Origin: a virus
Lineage: Duplodnaviria > Caudoviricetes
Strand: one strand, 5' to 3'
IMG/VR virus record: IMGVR_UViG_3300014204_000004
Coordinates: 39,710 to 103,709 of that record
Length of the DNA stretch: 64,000 nt
Shown: one piece after another, positions 59,453-64,000 of the stretch
Layout: each line of letters begins with the position of its first letter
How positions within the stretch are numbered: the first letter of the stretch is position 1
Translations under genes and position numbers: made by a program
Notes under the pieces: model-generated
Databases searched by the model: none
Told to the model about the DNA's origin: nothing
What the model saw: the letters and a program-made list of their open reading frames with translations, nothing else

Positions 59453-61153
59453 ATGGCTACACTGGCAGGAGCGTTAACACCTTCTATACTTGAGTACCAC
59501 ATATCAATGCCCTGGGGTACCATCTGGGCACCTCAGTATAGCGCGGCCACGACTGTTCTTGTGCCGTTTGTTAATACAACTGTATTAGCAGGTACAAAGA
59601 CTGACACACAGCCTGTAACCGAACTTGGTCTTAGCAAAGTAGGCGCATCTCTTCCAGGTACAGGATGGGGTTCTATTCTGTGGGGGAACGTACTCGTTTA
59701 TCCTGTAAGTATCAATTACAGTTTTCTTCAGGCAAACAGAGATGACAATATCACATTGTGGAACACCAATTTAAGTGCCTCAAAGAATCTGACTTCTGTA
59801 ACCGCACCGCCTTCAGGCATTGTGTTAGATTTGCCTTCTCTGCCTCAAGCAATAGAACCTCTCGATGAGTATACATTACAGGTGCATGCGTACACTGCAG
59901 GGCCCGCAGAGATAGCCAACTATCTCTACTTCACGTTTACAGACAACATCGGTTCTTTGTATCTCTATGGCACAAGAACTCTCGTCTTTGCCTTTATGCC
60001 TGAGTACCCCTGGAAAGAGAGACTCGAATGGGCGACAGACGTAAACAAGACATATCGCGGTTGGGAAGAAAGAACACAGCTTAGACAGGACCCAGCGAGG
60101 TACATCGAAGCTGACTTCTTCGTACTCTCAGGACACGAGAACTCGTACTTTGAAGCAATGATGACTGGCGGCCATTTACGAGCCTTTGTACTGCCAGTGT
60201 GGGCAGAGATGACACAGTACGTTGGGACTCTCTCAGCAGGCGTATCTGAAATAGCAGTAGATACCACGAACAAGTCGTATGAAGCAGACGGCTATCTGGT
60301 ACTAATTCAAGATTACTGTACCTTTGAAGTAGTCGAGATAACAAGCGTGACAGATACCAAGATAATACTCAAGGGGCCCACATTGACCACTCATATCAAT
60401 CCCATGATTGCACCGACCTTTACGGCAAAAATGACCAAGAATCCAAGCGTCGAAGATATGTTTCAGGATGTAGCTAAGGCAAAGCTTGAGTTCAGAGCCA
60501 CCACACCAGAAGCAATAACGAGTGTGGCAAGTGCTACGCAGTACAGAGGCTATGACGTATATACAGGTGAGCTTCTTCTTAGAAACAATCAGTTACGACA
60601 GAAGGAAGTCACCAGAGACTACGAGATAATCGATTACGGTGTAGGCGCGTTCGAGGTGCTCTATGGTGCAGAGTGGAGTTCACTGCAGGCTAACACAGAG
60701 ATATATGCAAGTTCTCGTGCTGAAGCGTGGGCGTTGCGTCAGTGGTTGCATAGAAGAGCGGGACAATACCTGCCTTTCTGGATAAGAACGTACAAGAAAC
60801 AGATTGATATCCTCACCTCGTTTGGTGCAGATACAGTCACCTTTCAGATTAGAAATATCAACTATGTCAGCCTACTGACAGATAACCCCATCTACCTGAA
60901 TCTTGTTGCTGTTAAACTGGATGGTACAGTATTTTATCGGAACATAGTAGGTTCTACATTTATCGATAATGAGATTGAATCACTGACACTCGAATCAAGC
61001 TTCGGCTTTGCAGGCACAATGGCAGACTTCAAGACAATATCATTTCTCTCTCTTGTCAGATTATCCGAAGACAAGGTTGAGATTACATGGGATGACTACG
61101 ACCAAGTGACAGCAACATTTGGTATCATAGGAGTAGGTGACGATGAAGATTGA
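59453..61153 (+). CDS. tail structural protein (Dit-like region)
   Basis: ERLEWATDV, E.R..LR..P and L.RRAGQ..PFW motifs. Confidence 0.7.
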   Translation: MATLAGALTPSILEYHISMPWGTIWAPQYSAATTVLVPFVNTTVLAGTKTDTQPVTELGLSKVGASLPGTGWGSILWGNVLVYPVSINYSFLQANRDDNITLWNTNLSASKNLTSVTAPPSGIVLDLPSLPQAIEPLDEYTLQVHAYTAGPAEIANYLYFTFTDNIGSLYLYGTRTLVFAFMPEYPWKERLEWATDVNKTYRGWEERTQLRQDPARYIEADFFVLSGHENSYFEAMMTGGHLRAFVLPVWAEMTQYVGTLSAGVSEIAVDTTNKSYEADGYLVLIQDYCTFEVVEITSVTDTKIILKGPTLTTHINPMIAPTFTAKMTKNPSVEDMFQDVAKAKLEFRATTPEAITSVASATQYRGYDVYTGELLLRNNQLRQKEVTRDYEIIDYGVGAFEVLYGAEWSSLQANTEIYASSRAEAWALRQWLHRRAGQYLPFWIRTYKKQIDILTSFGADTVTFQIRNINYVSLLTDNPIYLNLVAVKLDGTVFYRNIVGSTFIDNEIESLTLESSFGFAGTMADFKTISFLSLVRLSEDKVEITWDDYDQVTATFGIIGVGDDED

Positions 61154-61895
61154 GGTATATAAATTTCAGGCAGGTGTAGAGTTTTGGCGGTACACTTCTG
61201 CTACGCGAGACATGACGTTTGGCACAGAGACCTTTACTGCTGTGCCTGTCGAACGTGGTACGTACAAGTCAACAGACGCGGCTACCAAGAACGACATTGA
61301 GATAAAACTGCCACGCACGAATGTGCTGATACAGCGAATACTGACCGACAGACCGGCGTCACCTATTTTAGTGAACGTGTACAGAGTAACAGATGGCGCA
61401 ACGATGGTTGCCATGTGGAAAGGCAGAGTCATCTCCACCGCACTTGAAGGTCATATTGCAACTCTCACCTGTGAGAACTCTTTCACAAGTGTTGCTCGGC
61501 CTGGTCTGAGAGCAATGTACCAAACTATGTGCAGACACGCACTGTATTCTTCAGGATGTAATATCGATAGATACGTCTATCGTGTACCGTGTCAGATAGT
61601 AGCCGCGTCTAGCAATCAGCTTACAATACCGCAAGCCGCGTATTATGCTAGTGACTACTTCAAAGCTGGGTTCATTATTCATAACGACGATGCTCACCTC
61701 ATGATTCTCAGTAATGCAGGTGACAAAGTATATGTCGAACGAGCCTTCACAGAGACAGGTTACGGGTTTCTCTATCCTGGTTGTGACCACACAATAACAG
61801 GTTGTACCGCGAGGTTTGCCAACTCTTATAACTTTGGAGGCTTCCCTTACATACCTCAAACTACGCCCTTCTCGGGGTTGGGAGGTAGCATCTAA
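61137..61895 (+). CDS. DUF2163/BR0599 tail hub protein (Fe-S binding)
   Basis: C.HALY...C and PGCDHT...C..RF.N..NFGGFPYIP motifs. Confidence 0.88.
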   Translation: MTMKIEVYKFQAGVEFWRYTSATRDMTFGTETFTAVPVERGTYKSTDAATKNDIEIKLPRTNVLIQRILTDRPASPILVNVYRVTDGATMVAMWKGRVISTALEGHIATLTCENSFTSVARPGLRAMYQTMCRHALYSSGCNIDRYVYRVPCQIVAASSNQLTIPQAAYYASDYFKAGFIIHNDDAHLMILSNAGDKVYVERAFTETGYGFLYPGCDHTITGCTARFANSYNFGGFPYIPQTTPFSGLGGSI

Positions 61896-62146
61896 TGATT
61901 TATTTTTGGATTATCTACGCTATACTAATGATTATTTCGATGCTTCTTCCGAAGCATCAACCTACACCTGAAGCACCGACACCTGCGGGTCTCGAAGACT
62001 TCAGTGTACCTATAGCCTCACAGGGTTCAGAGATACCAGTTTTATTCGGTACTCGTTGGCTCGACAACGCTAACGTCGTCTGGTACGGGGATTTGGGTAT
62101 CAATCCCAAACTAGAGTCTTCTGGAGGCGGAGGTAAGAAGGGATAA
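61895..62146 (+). CDS. small tail assembly protein
   Basis: P.A..G.EIPVLFGT and NVVWYGD motifs. Confidence 0.75.
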   Translation: MIYFWIIYAILMIISMLLPKHQPTPEAPTPAGLEDFSVPIASQGSEIPVLFGTRWLDNANVVWYGDLGINPKLESSGGGGKKG

Positions 62147-62358
62147 TGTCTGATAAAACGTTTTTGGTTAAAGCCTCTGACATGCGAGAATTGCACTATT
62201 GTGTTAAAGGTGCTAAAAAGTTTGCAGAGAAGCATGGATTAGATTGGAAGAAGTTTGTAACAGAAGGCATACCAGCCGAAGAATTGCTTGCAACAAATGA
62301 CGCAATGGCTATTGCTTTTATAAAGCATGTGGAGGTACGAGATGGGCGGCGGCGGTAA
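62146..62358 (+). CDS. small tail assembly protein
   Basis: YC..GAK.F..HGLDW..FV.EGI motif. Confidence 0.75.
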   Translation: MSDKTFLVKASDMRELHYCVKGAKKFAEKHGLDWKKFVTEGIPAEELLATNDAMAIAFIKHVEVRDGRRR

Positions 62359-64000
62359 AGATGAGGTAGAATATGTAGTTGGCTATCAATACAGTCTTGG
62401 CATGCACATGATTCTTTGCCATACGCCTATAGATGCTATTACGGCTATTCGAGCAGGCGAGGATTACTTAGTTTGGGAAGGTTCGGTTCAGCAAGGCAGT
62501 ATCTCGATAGACCTTCCTGATTTGTTTGGTGGCAAAGAGAGCGAGGGTGGTGTCACAGGCGTATTCGATATCGAGTCAGGACTTGTCACTCAGTTACCCA
62601 ACGATTATCTCGTATCTGTTCTTGGTGCAGGCAATGTGCCAGGCAATAGAGGTGTGGTTGGCGTCGTATTAAGAAAGGTCTATCTTGGAGATAACCCATA
62701 TCTGAAGACATTATCATATCGTGCTCGGCATACAGAGATGGGCTGGCAAGCTGGGACTGCGAATATAAATGGTGACATGAATCCTGCACATATCATCTAT
62801 GAATGTGTCACCAATAGTCAGTGGGGAATGGGTTACGCCGCCACAGACTGTGACCAGACCGCTTTTATAGCCGCCGCCAACACACTGTACAATGAGAGTC
62901 TTGGTCTGTCTATGCAGTGGAACACCTCGATATCTATTAATGACTTCATATCTGAGGTACTTAAACACATTGATGGCGTATTCTATCTCGACCACGAAAC
63001 AGGGCTGTTTACGCTCAAGCTTCTTCGCTATGACTACGACCCTGCTACGATTACCTCGATAACTGAAGCACAGGTTAAGCAAGTAGTGAGTTATAAGCGT
63101 AGAAACTATGCAGAGATGGCCAACTGCGTGGTACTGAAGTATCAGCTTCACAGCACACTCGATGACGTTGATGCTTCTATCACGGTTCACAACATTGCCA
63201 GTATTCAGAAGATGGGGCAGATTGTAACTCACGAGGTTAACCTTCCCGGTATCTCTAAAGCATCGGTGGCAAACAACGTTGCTTGGAGAGAACTGAAGAA
63301 GATTTCATACGAACTGTCCTCTATAACACTGCTGGTACAGCCAAGCGTAGGGTGGGGATTAAAGGTTGGTGACGTATTTAGCTTCTCGTGGCCTGATTAT
63401 GGTATCACATCTGAAGTATTCAGAGTATTGAATGTCGATTATGGCACATTGCAGAAGGGCGAAGTGCGAATAGAGGCAATGCAGGATATCTTCGCAACTG
63501 CTGTTGCTCTGTACGCCGACCCACCTGCATCACTGTGGGTCTCACCTTACAGCCTGCCTCTCGCAGTATCACAGCAGAAGTTGACTGAGAGAACATACTG
63601 GGCATTGATAAGAAGAATCGGTCAGTACTCTTCAATATGGTCAGAGATAGACGATGATGCAGGTTACATGGAAGGCTACTTTGCTAAGCCGACAGGTGAC
63701 TCTTACAACTTCAGACTTTATACAAGACCTGCCACAAGCGGCGACTTCGATAACATGGGCAATGCTTACTTCACACCGACAGCATTAGTTGCCACAGCTA
63801 TTAACAAGAGTGTCACTAGCATGACTGTAAAGAGTCCGGTAGACCTGCGAATCGTAGAGTTAGGAACATACGCGTATGTAGGAGACGAGATTGTACAGGT
63901 CGAATCGATAAGCTTAACTACCAATGTCATAACAATCAAGCGTGGTGTCTTAGACACTGTACCTGCTGACCATGCGGTAGATGCAAGAGTGTGGTTTGCA
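62342..64000 (+). CDS. central tail tip / host-specificity protein (partial)
   Basis: Starts MGGGGKDEVEYVVGYQYSLGMHMILCH; LFGG.ESEGG and DMNPAHIIYEC motifs; appears to run off the window, so absent from the ORF track. Confidence 0.85.
   Translation, partial: MGGGGKDEVEYVVGYQYSLGMHMILCHTPIDAITAIRAGEDYLVWEGSVQQGSISIDLPDLFGGKESEGGVTGVFDIESGLVTQLPNDYLVSVLGAGNVPGNRGVVGVVLRKVYLGDNPYLKTLSYRARHTEMGWQAGTANINGDMNPAHIIYECVTNSQWGMGYAATDCDQTAFIAAANTLYNESLGLSMQWNTSISINDFISEVLKHIDGVFYLDHETGLFTLKLLRYDYDPATITSITEAQVKQVVSYKRRNYAEMANCVVLKYQLHSTLDDVDASITVHNIASIQKMGQIVTHEVNLPGISKASVANNVAWRELKKISYELSSITLLVQPSVGWGLKVGDVFSFSWPDYGITSEVFRVLNVDYGTLQKGEVRIEAMQDIFATAVALYADPPASLWVSPYSLPLAVSQQKLTERTYWALIRRIGQYSSIWSEIDDDAGYMEGYFAKPTGDSYNFRLYTRPATSGDFDNMGNAYFTPTALVATAINKSVTSMTVKSPVDLRIVELGTYAYVGDEIVQVESISLTTNVITIKRGVLDTVPADHAVDARVWFA

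Noticed and set aside
1-64000. tRNA/rRNA genes, integrase, transposase, reverse transcriptase/DGR
   Set aside because: None recognised by eye; not excluded without tRNAscan and HMM searches

Overview
A 64-kb stretch of an uncharacterised long-tailed dsDNA phage (siphovirus-like, about 44% GC by eye) with two divergent arms. The left arm (1-30.4 kb, - strand) holds early/accessory genes: a plasmid-type Rep initiator with iterons, NADAR, a phiEco32-like amidoligase/GATase/GGCT/GNAT cluster, a radical SAM protein, PcfJ, histone-H1-like basic proteins and many small Zn-finger ORFs. The right arm (30.9-64 kb, + strand) holds morphogenesis genes: TerS, holin-like genes, PBSX-type TerL, a portal-gpF fusion, protease, HK97 capsid, an inserted glycosyltransferase/methyltransferase/radical-SAM cassette, neck, tail tube, frameshifted chaperones, a 2742-aa tape measure with an SLT domain and tail-tip genes. 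The standout is 10.1-12.0 kb: a lone Cas7/RAMP-like gene with no other cas genes and no CRISPR array, flanked on both sides by non-coding arrays of NGY-NN pentamers grouped into 21/26/31-nt blocks. This is a candidate RNA-guided system with a non-contiguous guide code. Also notable are a GG/CC-depleted segment next to a 47-nt repeat upstream of terS, and apparent GATC and GCWGC avoidance. All family calls come from motif recognition by eye, not database searches.
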